DNA of 64,000 nt from Tubiluchus corallicola (Eukaryota; Animalia; Priapulida): assembly GCA_030141605.1 (NCBI GenBank), contig JAQGDQ010000272.1:62001-126000 (forward strand). Reading direction: 5' to 3'. This document shows, in pieces, positions 46,801 through 60,100 of this stretch (its first letter is position 1; every line of letters starts with the position of its first letter). Under the pieces are notes generated by a model that saw nothing but the letters and a program-made list of their open reading frames with translations, searched no databases and was not told the origin of the DNA. The position numbers and the translations under genes are program-made.

Positions 46801-49800
46801 CGAAATCTGATCTTTAATGACCAAATAATTTAGTTATTAACCACAATCAGGTTATAGAAAAAGTCTTAAATAAAAAATACAATTATAGTCCAACTGCAAC
46901 ATTTATTTTATTCTTCCAGGTTACACTTACATCATTGTCCACATGTCCACCATGCAGAACTGTGACTCTGCAAAAGAGCTGGTCAGGTACTGTGACTGGT
47001 TCCTGCATGACGAAAGCGCCAGTAGGACTGCAGTGCAGTTTGGGCTCATCCCAGTTGGACCACAGATCAGCAGCATCATCATTTCAAAGGTTCTTCGACA
47101 TTTGACATGTCACGGGATGAACATATGGGCAGAGGTGGAAAAGGAAAAGCAGTGGGAAAGAAAAGCCGAACAAAAATGGCGGCTTCCAGTATATATAGTG
47201 GCACCATTTGTTAGCTTGGTTCTGATTGGTCTAGTCACGTATTCGATGTACAGTTACGTGAAGACAAATAGAGCCTTGATGCGAAATGAATGGAAGATAA
47301 ATGCAGATGAAATCGAAATTAGTAATCGGACAAAGTCAGCTTATTCCGGAAGCATAAAGTCCATTTTTAGCCGAGGAAAACTATCAGAACGTGATAGCTT
47401 GGCTAACTATTGCAACAACGATTTTACAGTTGCCAATTACCTAGACAACAGAGTTTTTCTAAGAGCCGTTAAATCAAAGACCGTGCCACATTTTACAAGA
47501 GAAACAAAGAGGTTACTTCTGTGGATGAAAGACAGTGTACGCCATCCAAATGTACTGACATTTTACGGAGTGACAGAAATTAAAGGTGAATGGAAATTTG
47601 TGTCCGATTTCTGCTCAAAGGGCAGGTTGGTTGATGTTCTTCAGGCTGACAAGTACTCCTTGGACAATTCATTTAAATTTGCTTTGGCGATCAATGTTGC
47701 TAATGGGTTGTTATACTTGCACAAATCGGGGATAATTCATGGTCATCTCTGTTCTGCTGTTTGTTTTGTTGACACACAATGGAACGTGAAAATCACAGAT
47801 TGGGAATTCAACAAACTGAGCAGTTATCAAAAGAGGAAAAAGAAAAGCCAAGTGTTTCCAGACAAACCATCTGCTGCTACCGAGTCATTCACAAATGAAA
47901 TAAACAGGGAAAGGTTTTTCTTTTCACCCCAAAAGCTGAAAAGTGACTCTGGCAAATATGCACCTACCAAAGCAGATGATATTTACAGTTACAGTATTAT
48001 AACATATGAGATATTTACAAGGCAAGATGCTTATATAAAAGATATCCTAGAAAGCATGATAGAACAAGATGTTTTATATTCCATTGCAAAGAAAAAACTC
48101 CGTCCTCGAAAAACCAAGGATGTACCAGATACAGTATTTTCTGTGTTGGAAATGTCTTGGAAAGATGAGCCATCAGAACGCCCTAATGCCTCCCAATTGC
48201 ACAAGAAAATGAAACTTGCCAATCCTTCTAAAAGAGGCTTGATGGATAGCATGATAGAGTCCTACACACTAGAGCTAGAAGATCGAGTTAATGAAAGAAC
48301 AGCTGAATTAGCGCAGCTCACAAGCAGTATGGAACAACTTCTAGGACGCATGCTTCCTCCAGACATAGCAGCTAAGTTAGCCAGAAATGAAGAAGTGCAG
48401 CCGGAATATTTTGAATGTGCTACTGTGTTTTTCTCAGACATTGTTGGTTTTACAGCATTGTCTGCAGCTTCAACACCATTAGAGGTTGTTAACCTGTTAA
48501 ACGTACTATATACATCTTTTGATTCAGTGATAGAAAACCATGATGTGTACAAAGTAGAAACAATAGGCGATGCTTACATGGTCATATCGGGTGCCCCAAA
48601 AAGAAATGGCAAGTCCCACGTTGTTCACGTGGCAAATATGGCATTAGACATTGTTAATGGTATACAAGATTTCTGCATCCCTCACTTGCCTGATGAAAGA
48701 CTTTTAATTAGGTGCGGCATTGCCACTGGAGCTGTTATGGCAGGAGTTGTTGGGCTGAAGATGCCTAGATATTGTATATTCGGAGATACAGTTAATACAG
48801 CCTCGCGAATGGAATCAACTTCTTCACCACAGAAAATTCAGGTAAATTATTTTTTCTCTTTTTAATCTTTATCGTTTACTAAAAGCTTTTATCTCATTAT
48901 AAGATTCTTGCCATGAAACTGCTCTAGTCGGGTCCGTACAAGTTTCAAAGTGCAAAGCACACGCCACCATGACATTTTGTGTAACGAAAAAAAGATTTCT
49001 GTTCATAAACCGGCATTGCAAATGCTGTATGATTAACTATTTGATGGCACATTCACTGTTTTAATCAACTTCACCGGCATTTGAAATTTTATAAAGAACA
49101 TATGGAATGAACGTGCACTTAAAATATTTCATTATTTAAGAACAGAAAGTCGACAATTTGGTCGTGATGCTGTGATTTATACCACTTCCCACAGTCTTTC
49201 TCTAGGCATACCTAGATGTAAATAGTTGCTTATAAGTTAATTGTTTTCCCTCGGGCTTTTTATCGTGGAATTTTCTACTAGGAAAGTGTTGCAATCGGCT
49301 CACGAATGCCAACGTATGATTCTAATTATGGCAACGAATTATACTTGCACCACCATTTGCTTTATTAGCGTTGAAATTTTGATTTGAATTGCTTCTTTTA
49401 TAAGTAACTCTAGCTCATGTTATACCAGCACTGCCAATAACTTATTATATGGATGAATTATGTGTGATGAATGAGATTTTACAAGTTATTTAGTCTGATC
49501 AATGTAGTGAATTCACATCTTTGACAAATTTTATGTTAGATTTATTGGTTATATTATGACAGTTTTTCAACATACCGATCTGTTCAGAATTCACTATGTG
49601 CTGTATCATTTTAAAAGTTTTGTAAATTAATTAGGAGAAGTCAGTGAATAATTAGGTGTTGATTAATGATAGCTAAGAAAACAGATAGTCTGTACCTTCC
49701 TGATTAAAAGCCATGTTACTGTATTCTTTTTATCAATTATGACTTGTCTATCAGAAAGAACAAATTTGACAAAAGAGTTAAAAAGCTGCAAAGCACTTGA

Positions 49801-50530
49801 ACAAAAAGAACATTTTAGTTCAGCGAAAGTTCAGCAAAAGAACATTTTAAACTTGGGCATTAACACTACGTAAAATGCAGAATATAATTGTTGTTACACT
49901 TTTGCAGATAACTGATTTTGCCAATGACATACTGATAATACAAGATGGACGCTATTTTACAGAATACAGGGGAGAAGTGCATGTGAAGGTAAACTTGTGG
50001 ATATAACATCTTTCACTCCATGTTGTACCACATAAAAACATTTTGCTCTCTTTTCAATAACGACCATGCAACGACCACCTTTTCTCTTTTCTTCTTTCTT
50101 CTGTGTCTTCAATTTTCAGTGTTTTTTTTTGTTCAAGCCTCCCTTGAAGAGAGTAAATAAACAGTCGTGTCTAGGTTTAAGTTAGATTAGAAGGCGCTGA
50201 GTGGTGTAGAAACAAGGAATAGTTTATGGACATTAGTTAAATCTATTAATAAACGCATTAAGCTTATAATAAATAGTTCCATTGTTTTACATTACTGTTT
50301 ACAAAGTCTGTCATCTCGAGGTTCACCTAAAGGGACCTTTCACTTGTAAAGTTTCACTGCACAAAGCTTAGCATGCCTGTACACTATTGTTAGAAAGTTA
50401 CTCTTGAAACTTTGTCTTATATAACAAATTAATGTCAAATTGTGTATTTTATATAGCAATTTCTTTGTAGGGAAAAGGGAAGATGAAGACGTACTGGTTG
50501 GTATGTAAACTACTTGCCCCCGTGGTCTAG
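37546..50530 (+). CDS. Receptor guanylyl cyclase with PstS-like phosphate-binding ectodomain, copy B (spliced, 991 aa)
   Basis: Exons 37546-37895, 41401-41560, 41914-42153, 46181-46343, 46920-48841, 49908-49988, 50471-50530. Same intron positions and phases as copy A, 2976-nt open frame, only in-frame indels, same motifs. Confidence 0.92.
38485..38806 (-). mobile_element. Copy B-specific insertion, probable LINE 3' tail
   Basis: Interrupts GGCGGATGTC|TATAATAAATAC, which is contiguous in copy A (about 9525-9550); minus strand ends AATAAA followed by (TGACTTA)n-like repeats. Confidence 0.5.
39761..40854 (+). mobile_element. Solo LTR in copy B intron 1
   Basis: Starts TGTTATG, ends GGCGTCACA, flanked by a 5-bp direct repeat CCCCA (39756-39760, 40855-40859); AATAAA near the 3' end; empty site in copy A at about 11010. 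Confidence 0.8.
41401..41560 (+). CDS. Copy B coding exon 2
   Basis: Paralogous to 12357-12516, AG/GT boundaries. Confidence 0.9.
41914..42153 (+). CDS. Copy B coding exon 3
   Basis: Paralogous to 13463-13702, one amino-acid difference (F/Y). Confidence 0.9.
43143..45725 (-). mobile_element. Degenerate, 5'-truncated CR1-like LINE (endonuclease tail plus reverse transcriptase) in copy B intron 3
   Basis: Frameshifted ORFs with QHVDQLTR..ILDL, KSPGKDGVH, PVCLTSVICKLLESII, QYGFRKERSC, YLDF, SGIPQGSVLGPILFIIFINDL, FVDDTK, WQLNFNVSKCKVIH. Confidence 0.92.
46181..46343 (+). CDS. Copy B coding exon 4
   Basis: Paralogous to 23534-23696, AG/GT boundaries. Confidence 0.88.
46920..48841 (+). CDS. Copy B coding exon 5 (TM, kinase-homology domain, cyclase)
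   Basis: Contained in ORF 46943..48865; acceptor 46918-46919, donor 48842. Confidence 0.95.
49908..49988 (+). CDS. Copy B coding exon 6
   Basis: ITDFANDILIIQDGRYFTEYRGEVHVK, AG/GT boundaries. Confidence 0.88.
50471..50530 (+). CDS. Copy B terminal coding exon
   Basis: GKGKMKTYWLVCKLLAPVV-stop after a tgtAG acceptor. Confidence 0.82.
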   Translation, partial: GKGKMKTYWLVCKLLAPVV

Positions 50531-50552
50531 CACGCCAAAGCCACATGTAAGA

Positions 50553-51019
50553 ACCTCTTCATCTGCATCATCGGATTAAGAATAGGAGAAAAAATAGACG
50601 AAGTGAAATGGAAAGCAGTACTTCACAGTAGGGCGTCTGTGAACATTTTATTCCCATTTGGTGATCGGCACTGATTGCTTTTTATTCTGTTATTTTCAAA
50701 AACTGTGTTTGAAACCACGAAATAAAATACTAGTACTTCTTTTACGTTATGAATTTCATAATTAAATAAAATAAGCAAAGATGTTTTTAAATATAATCAA
50801 ATTACAAACTAGTGACCAAGACTAACATCGCCATTAATTTTTGTAGACGCCTACTCCAGTATTTACTTCTACTATTACGCCTGTTATTATGTAACTGCAG
50901 TAATTTATTGTAGCAAACTTGTTTGGAGACATAAAATGGAATAACTGGTCTTGTCTGTGCTATGCTTTGGCACAGTCTGTTACTAATCGACGATACGGCT
51001 TTGATTACAACAAGTAAGA
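50553..51019. mobile_element. Copy B-specific insertion just after the stop codon
   Basis: Copy A reads CACATGTAAGATGCTTGTGTGG; copy B has about 465 extra bp bounded by a GTAAGA direct repeat, with an internal inverted pair AGTAGGGCGTCT / AGACGCCTACT. Confidence 0.7.
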
Positions 51020-52077
51020 GGCTTGTGTGGAAAAATTTAGGATTTCGTTAAACTTTTGTAATGATTTCGGTATGATAGTGAACGAGATTATAATTCGTGA
51101 ATCTTTTATTGCTATAAATTGTGCTCAGGTAGATAAAAAGAAAAATTATAATATTTGATGATTTGTATGTGAAGTATGATATACTGGTATCTTGGACCAT
51201 GGTTAATGACAATAGTAATTAATAGATGGTTTAATGAGACAATGAGTTCTGTCATGAAATCACATGTTGAAAATAAAACGAAGAATATGTTGAAGTATGT
51301 GTCTTTTGTAAATCGCAACTCTTATATGCCCTTTCGTTGCTGAAACACTTTTTCTGTAACACCTTGCTGAAACAGTTCAGACAAAATTTACCTAATATTT
51401 GTGGTGAAGTTTCAAACAAAGGTCTGTGTTTTTGCTATTTAGCCCACAATTCTGCATTAGTACAACATGCAATTTATTCATTTGATAACCCCGATTCTCT
51501 ACGTGTCAGTTTTAGAAGGTTCATGCTTTGTAAGTTACATAAAGAAGCAGTAAAGCTTTTGTAAATTGGTAATGACTGATTTTACTAACTAACAAACAAT
51601 TTAGAATGTGTATAACATTATGTCCTTTGCTTTGGATAAATAATAATAATTAATAAACTATTTGAAACCTTTTTATCTACCCTTTCGCTTCTACACAATT
51701 CGTACAAATAGGCCTATTCTTTTCTTATCAGCAAAAGTTGTTCTTGTGTACGGTCTTCATTTGACTAATTTTAAACATTTACGATACACAATCGTTTTCA
51801 TATTGTAGCAGTTTGCCCAACAGTTTTGTAATTCACGAGTTTCCGAATTTTGTAACTACAATAAATAATCTAATATACATTGTACATTTCTAATAACACA
51901 CTGTGATATTAACAAACTATTATAATTATGTTTAGACCTCTCTCTTCTTCATTACTTGCAGCTCACTAATCCTGTTATATAGTAATTATGTTGTCATGTT
52001 TTTGGTATCAGGACAATGCGGGACCCTGAAATTCTTTCCTTGACTTGTACCCTTACATAATTAATAGGCTATGATTA

Positions 52078-52486
52078 CAATAAACCTTTTCACGGTTCCA
52101 GCGATTGATGCTGATCGTGAAAAGATCAAAGGTTAAGTGAACCAGACAACACATTTGTGTACACTTGACAACGCCTCGCAGTCCATGCTGTTGTAATGAT
52201 GACAGTCTTAACGGCTAGCTATCTAGTTCATTTTTTCTTCTTCCCACGCAAGATCCTTCTAGTAAATCACTCTACAAAGCACAGACTAACGCACAATTAA
52301 GTAAAGTCCGCGTAAAACAACAAGAAAATGGTGTTGCAACTGAAGTTACTGAACTGATGCTGCCTACGGCTGTGCTTTATCCACGTCACGTTGCGGTTAC
52401 AGTTAAGATGCGTTGCTGTGGTTCACTTAACCTTTGACCTACAGCAACTGTGTTTGCGCATGGCGAAACTGTGAAAAGGCTTATTG
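52078..52486. mobile_element. MITE, long copy
   Basis: CAATAAACCTTTTCACGGTT..AACTGTGAAAAGGCTTATTG; has an extra internal segment relative to 3207-3447. Confidence 0.75.
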
Positions 52487-53387
52487 TTACTATATCTTAC
52501 ATACGCAAACTTACATTCCGGGACGTTCAGACTAACGAGTTTTCTCTCAGACATCTATAAGACATCTATGTGACCTTCTTTGCGAATTACTGTCGGCAAG
52601 TTATTGTAATCTCTCACGCATTGATTTTCTAAGAGTTACTATATAGTGTGAACGTCTCGATGAGTTACTCTCAACACGGAAGTCAGTGTCCGTTCCCGCT
52701 TACTGTCAGAGAGTAATTCGCAGTAAGTTTTGCTGTCTAGTATGAACACCTTTGCATACTTGGCGAGTTAAGTGGCGTTTACCTAGCATCCGGAATGCGT
52801 ATGTGCGATGTGCATTATCCAATTTGATCAAAGTAAGCAATATGTAATTTATTGGAAAATTTGAGAAATCGTCAATTATATCGATGCGTTAACCGTCTAA
52901 ACATTTGTTGTTAATGCTGCCTCCAATTGAATTGTTGGTTTATAGCGTGTATAACACAATCGAAATGACAAAAGTTATACCATAATTTATAATATTTCGC
53001 CGTATCAAAACTCTCTAAATGTGTAGATGACTACTGAAAAATATGTGGTTACAACATCACGTTGTAACAGCTACAATCACTGGTAGAAAGAAAACCGAGA
53101 GATCACTCTTTGCAATGCATTGTTATGCATATGTGAAGAGCCTAAAGTAGATTACTCTCTTAGGCTATGGATATTCATTTAAGTGCCGTGAGTTTACATA
53201 CCGGCATGACTGCACTGTGGTGGCAGAGTGAACTTTGGCAGAGGTTAATTATAATGATGGAATGCACTACAGTGGAGTATACCTCGGTAAGCAGTCTTAT
53301 ATAATGGCAGAGAATACGTCAATGGAGTGTACATCGTATGGAGTAATGGATTCAGTGCTGCAGTGCAAGGCGACAACTGAAGGCTAC

Positions 53388-53798
53388 CAGGGCCGGTGAG
53401 AGGAAATGCGAGGCTCTGGGCGAGGGAGATTGGTGGAAAAATCCCCAAAGGGGTCTAGGGCAAAACCCCTAGCAGGGTCGAAGCCCACAAAAAATTTTGA
53501 AAAATAAGGTAAAATTCTATGAATTTTAAGGCAATTAAAGTGTATTTCCTAGCTAAAATGAAAAGAACATTATTCATTTACATTAATTTTAGAATTTTTA
53601 TTACAGTTGTTTAGAGTCTACTAAACTGTATACACTGAATACCAAAAACACACAAATGAATAATACTAAAGTATTCTACTCCATTGTGGTATGTTAGCTT
53701 TTTAATCAGGTAGGAGACATAAAAAATTGAAAATCAAAACGCAAGGCCCCTTAAAATGCGAGACCCTAGGTAATCGCCTTGCCCTTTCGCAGGCCCTG
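53388..53798. mobile_element. hAT-like MITE upstream of STT3B
   Basis: Ends CAGGGCC..GGCCCTG, GC-rich subterminal AATGCGAGRCYCT motif near both ends, AT-rich core. Confidence 0.6.
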
Positions 53799-54138
53799 CG
53801 GAACACCTCACTGTGGTACAAGGCGAACTAGTGTGCAGTACCATGATGCTCGAAGTTGTCACAATAGTGTGTTAATAGACGTGAAATAAACTAATCTAAA
53901 CTAAATTAACCAATTCAGTGATAAATTTCTATATCTTTTGTGAAAACAAGCAATTTTTTATTTATTTTTAAAATTGTAATGTCGAGCAAGCAACACGAAG
54001 TGGTTTATTTCTTTAAATAAGCATTTGACATCAATGAAAGCCGTTGTATTGGTCGCAGTAAGAATCCCCTTTAAAGATTCGACTCTTTGCTTAATTATTC
54101 AGGATTGTGCTTTTTGTTGCTGCGTCGTGACATCAATC

Positions 54139-57100
54139 ATGGCGGCCACCGTTAAAGCAGATATTCGTTCGGCTTTAACAAATCCCGGCGCCTGGACAAG
54201 TCTTTTAACCTTTTCTATATTAACTCTTGCATGGATAGCGGGTTTCAGCTCTAGGCTTTTTGCTGTGATACGATTTGAAAGCATTATTCATGAATTTGAT
54301 CCTTGGTAAGAATCATGCACGTTAGAAATGAGAAATACCACCACTGGCCGCTACATAAGGCATGAGTACATCATCGTGTAGCGTAGCAATACTAACCTAA
54401 CAAAGCAGTACTAGCTTCATAAAGAATATAGGCGCCTTTATTGTGAAAATTGTTGTTTTACAACCGTTATTAGCTGATGAAGCCATTTTAGCTCATGTTC
54501 ACTGGATTAAAAACAGGGCTGTGTGTGAGAGCGTGAATGAAAGGTCAGTTGCAGGAGACTTGTACTCAATTTAACAAGTCTCTATGTATGTTCCTAAAAA
54601 TGTGGTTTAATAAAATGCTTAAAGATGTGACTAAGCTAAGAAAATGTAGTTGTTTGCCTAAATCTTCTTGTTTTTTATTAGGTTTAACTATAGGGCAACT
54701 CATCATATGGTGACACATGGGTTTTATAACTTTTTAAATTGGTTTGACGAGAGAGCTTGGTACCCACTGGGTAGGATAGTTGGTGGTACGGTACGTATGT
54801 TAAATTTAATATTATGCTTGATCGTGGACCCCATAGGTCCGTGACATTCAGAAACTCCTTATAACCAGCAACCAATCTCTTGCAAATACTGTACATGGTT
54901 TGAACTGGATGATAAACTATAGGTTTGCTGAAGTTTGAAGACTGAAAGAAATGTTTAGTACTGTAGGTTTAATATTAGTGCTTACAGCTAAGAAAAGTAC
55001 CTAACTAGAATTTAGTTCTAATAACTGCAGACTGCCTATTTTGCCAAGCAATGCGTTAATGTTCTCTCCAACACTGCCGAGAGTTTTCAGATGTTGCTTA
55101 CGCACGATTGTGATATTTAGTGTACACTGTAAATTTTACACACGATTGTAATATTTAGTGTGCACTGTGCGCAGATACCTACCACGCCTACCTAGGTTTA
55201 AGGAGCTGAAAACATATTTCTTAAATACATATTAGGTGGATTTGGTCTTCAACTTTTCTTTCCATTGTGTTCACCGCATTGTTGCCACTCACAGCCCGTC
55301 CCATACATAAATGACTTATGCTACAGCCCTTTCGTTGCATTTTCATCATTATCACATCATATTTTTTTAATTTTTTGTAATTTTTAGCTTTCTCTTCTCT
55401 TTCACTTACATATTTTACCGTCATGTCATCTCTTTTCATTGCGCATCTCGTTTATCCTGCCCTTAACACCTAATAACACACCATCTATTACAGATGGGCT
55501 TTCCAAGTTCTAGCTTTTAGCTCAGCTGCAAGCAGTTACATCATTTGTTTACTAACTGATCGCTCACTTGATAAGTAAGTGTAGTAATTTCGTTTTCAGT
55601 TTGTGCAGTTATATGTAATTATCTGTATATGTAATTATAATGGTGCTTTTGTCTAATAAACAACAAAAAGATACCAGAGAAGCATTTATTTATGACATCT
55701 AAATCTGTGCCTCTATGTCAAAAAAAATAAAAACAGTTTCGCTTAGGAATTTTTTTCAGAGTGACTTGAATAATGAAGAATGCTATTGACTGCAGACTGT
55801 GTAAAAAAGGCTTAGTTCAGTACATAAAATAATTTTGCTTAGATATTTTACTTGGTCTTTACACTAACTGAACTTGGAGGCTTTACACTGATAAGATAGA
55901 TGTGCGTGATAATGTATAATGATAAGAGTGGCAATAGTAGCCCTAACCATAATAGTTAAAATTTGTATAGTTATAAGGATTTACATTATCCGAATGGTAT
56001 TTTGCGGCTGTTTAACAACTTTAAAAATTCGGTTCAGATCCAAACAAAATTCTGGCAAAAATATTTGAAATTGGGTTAGGAAGAAATTTGAAAATTATGT
56101 ATTGCTTCAAATCGGCAAGGATTTACTTCTGCACAAGACAGTTTTAATTTTCATTTAATTAACACTGCAGATAAACTGCACAGTCGATAATATTAGTCTG
56201 TAGTTTTTTTTGTTATTGCCTAATCTAATGCATTTTTAGCTGTGATTATAGCCAGAGCTGCTTCCCAAACCACAGCCTTGCTCACTTTTCTATTATATTA
56301 GTCACAGTGAAAAGTGTTGAAGTATTCATTCACCAAGAATTTAGTGATTTGGCATTTTCTTAACCATTCTGGCTCAAATTTACTTTTTCAAGTGGCTAAA
56401 GGTTATATAATGCAAGCAGACCCTGTATAACAAACAAATCAAATTACAATTATAACTGTCTCAGAAATTTCCCTTTTCATTATGATTTTGCGCAGTTGCG
56501 TGCACCACAGAATAATATCAAAATATCTGAAAATGTCTGAAAATGTACTCCCACTTTGAAGGGATAAGAAGCCTACTAGTTAACATGGTTTGTTCCCTGA
56601 TACATTAATCAAAATGTTTTATCGGGGTTGTCATTTTTTGGTTCGCTGTTTTAAGTGAAAGGAACACAGCATGATTTTTCATATACTACCCCATTTTCAA
56701 GTCCGATAAAAAGTATACATTTTAACACAATTAATGCAGCAAAAGTTTTTCTGATAATTAAATAATAGATTAAAAACTTAATGATGGCATCACAAACTAA
56801 CATAATTTTCAACAGCAAAAGTATTCCAAGAGCATGTTGCACATGTTTGTGAAAGAGAAAATTGAAGTACAGTGCTACTGTAAGATATTTAGTGTGTTGT
56901 ACTAAAACTAGGCAAGTTTCAAATTTACCACTTTGCTCATGCATGAACTTTTGAACGTGTGTAGTTCCTCACAACCTAACACATTTGAACTGAGAGGTAC
57001 TTGTTTTTTGTGCATTGTGTTTCCGAAATGCAGGCAGTAGTGCCCGTTTAACTAACAAATGGTGAAATGCATGTAACAGCGAAAAACTAGTGCAGTAATG

Positions 57101-60100
57101 TGAAATTGTATTTGTGTGGTAACAATTCTTTCACGTAATGGATTCTGGAAAAGATAGTATGTTTCCTTTCAATATTTTAAAGAGTAGTTGTTTTGACCTA
57201 CAGTTTAAGACTGGGTCCAGTTTTGCTTGAACTACTATAATGATTGCCACCAGTTATTCCCAAAAGTTGACACTATTGGCACTAAAATTGTTGTCAGCAT
57301 TTTTGTGATAGAAATCTTCTCTTTTGATGCTATCTGTAAACTTTGTGTATATTAACTAACGTATATAGAATTGTTCTAAAACTTGTCAGCAATGATATTT
57401 GATGCATGCGGTATTGAACATAAAGCCCGTTATGCCTGAACAGATGTAGATATACAAGGAGTCGTAAGATCAAAACATATATTTATAGCACGCTGGTAGT
57501 ATATGCCATTTTAACACTTCTGTCCTAACAGATAGACTGGGCTATTATATTTTTTGCCATTTTCTGTTCATCTGGCAAAGTGCCAAAGATGCATGCCATG
57601 AAACCTTTCCTTTTCTGATTTAATCTTAGTCTATGAACTAACCTGTCTTCTTTTATTAGTAATATGTGAAGTCGTGCAAATGATGTTAGGGTATTAAAAT
57701 TTTACTTATGCTCTTCAAATGTTTCTTGTGTAGGTTTATCCTGGGCTAATGGTGACCTCTGGTGGTATTCATTGGATATTGCACACATTAAATATACCTG
57801 TTCATATACGTGATATATGTGTATTTCTTGCACCTTTATTTAGGTAAGTTGTTGATTGTCACTGTATAGGGTACACCCACAATATACTAGTACATGCAAA
57901 CTTGTTGCTTTATTATTTCAAATTCATATTTGTATATAATATTTTTTGCTAATTTACACTATCAATTTTTGAATCTTGTTTTGTTATCTCCTAAAACTGA
58001 TCCTTCAGTCTCTGACCATGTCTTAATCCTGGACTTATAAAAACCTTTATTGACGGAATTCTGTCGATAATTTGCTGATAGTATACAGAATTTATAACAA
58101 ACAAATCAAATTACAATTATATCTGTCTCATAAATTTGTTTCCTTTTTCATTGTGATTTTTTGTGATTGCATGCACCACGCAATAAGTTTTGCAGCTTTT
58201 TTTCGTAATTTTACTCTCTGATTTGTCTCGGGGCAATAAAACTGCTTTTAAATTCATTTTTGGATACATTGACAGTGATACTCTTTAACAGAAATTTATT
58301 GTTTTCTTGCTAATTAGAACTTAACTTATTTCGAAAAGAATATCAAGAGATGTGCCTAGGGCCTCCGATTTTCCGTTTCAAAATTGACCAAATTACGTTT
58401 CAATTTGATTCAATTCTGCTTCACAGAAGTTAGAAGCTACATGGCCGTGTAACTAACATTTATCATCAAATTATGTGATGTGCGATAGATTGTAATTAAA
58501 AAAATAAATTGTTATATGTTTTAAGTATGTAATATATCAGGTATTTGTATTTGGCTAAAATAAAATAAGAATGCCAACATTTAATTCACACACATTGCGG
58601 AAAATCGGAGGCCGTGTGTGCCCTCATTTGAAAACTTGATTTTAAGAATTCTCTCCTAAAATGCTTATATGTTCTTACCTTTTAACTGTAACTTGTTACT
58701 CTGAATGACCTTGCAAAATACATATTGTATATAAACAGCTATAGTTTGTTGACAAGCTAAAAGACTTGATGTTCCTCAATCATCTTCTCTATTTTTATTT
58801 TAATGACTTGTTATGTTTCATTGACACATTTACATGTTTATTCACCAACTTAAACATAAGCAGCGCTTAACGATTCGAAGCATAACATGTTATTTTTTTA
58901 GCACTTTGACGAAATTGCATTCACAAAAAAGTGATTTTTGCTTGATTAGTAGTAACCAAATCTTTTAATTGAGTGTCTTAAAATCTTTTTTCTTACATTC
59001 TTCGGAATTTTTGCAGTTAACGATTTTCTACGTTTTGTTTTTCAGTGGTTTGACGGCTATAGCTACATACTTATTTACTAAAGAATTATGGAATGGTGGG
59101 GCAGGCTTATTGGCTGCTTGTTTCATAGCTATAGGTATGAGAACCTTGCTTTTTCAACATTCTATGAGACCGAAATTTGAAAATTCGAAATGAAATGCTG
59201 TAAAATCTTTTTAATTTTAGTTAAATTTCATATAACGGCCTTGGTGTATTTCGATATTTAGCTCTGGTATTGAAACTGTGTGCTAGAATAGTGAACAGAA
59301 ATAATGCTACAAACTCGGAATAAGACGCTGGGAGTTGTTTTCTAAAATGGTCGTAATGGTGTTGAAGCATAAGATTATTTAGTGAGCATTACATGTTCAG
59401 TTAAATTTGACATTATATATTCAGTACAATTTTCTACTTGGAAGTATACTCTGAACTATTACAGCATCCCGTTCGAACTCGTCTAGTACCGCACGCTGTG
59501 TATTTTACTTCTTAGGAACTAAATGCACAGTGCCTATAATAGTTTATTGATTTTAGTTCCAGGGTACATAAGCCGATCAGTAGCTGGTTCCTATGACAAC
59601 GAAGGAATTGCAATTTTTGCTTTAATGTTTACATATTATTTATGGGTAAGATTAAACTAATTGTTAATTTTGTTGTGATGGTTAATATTGTATTTAGATT
59701 CCATCCATTTAAGTTAATATTTATGTTGCTGGCAGATAATACAGATTGAGCATGTAAACAATTTCTCTAGCTTGGTATTTGGTATTACTACTACTATTGC
59801 TGTCCCTGCTGCTGTTGTTGTCGCTACTGCACAACCACTAGTATTATTTTTTATGTTTGTTGTTAGTAAGAGAAATCTAAGAATCATTCAAACTCTGATA
59901 CTTATTTCTAAATCTTTTGTGACGTGCTTTAATGTTCTGTCTAGGGTTTTTTAAATGTTTCAGTTAAAATCGGTGAAGACTGGTTCCGTGTTCTGGTCTA
60001 TTTGCACTGCTCTTTCTTACTTTTATATGGTAAGTAAGCCACTATTTTTTTCAATTCATTTCAAATTTATTGCTTCATACAAGGAGTTCTAGTTTGTAAA

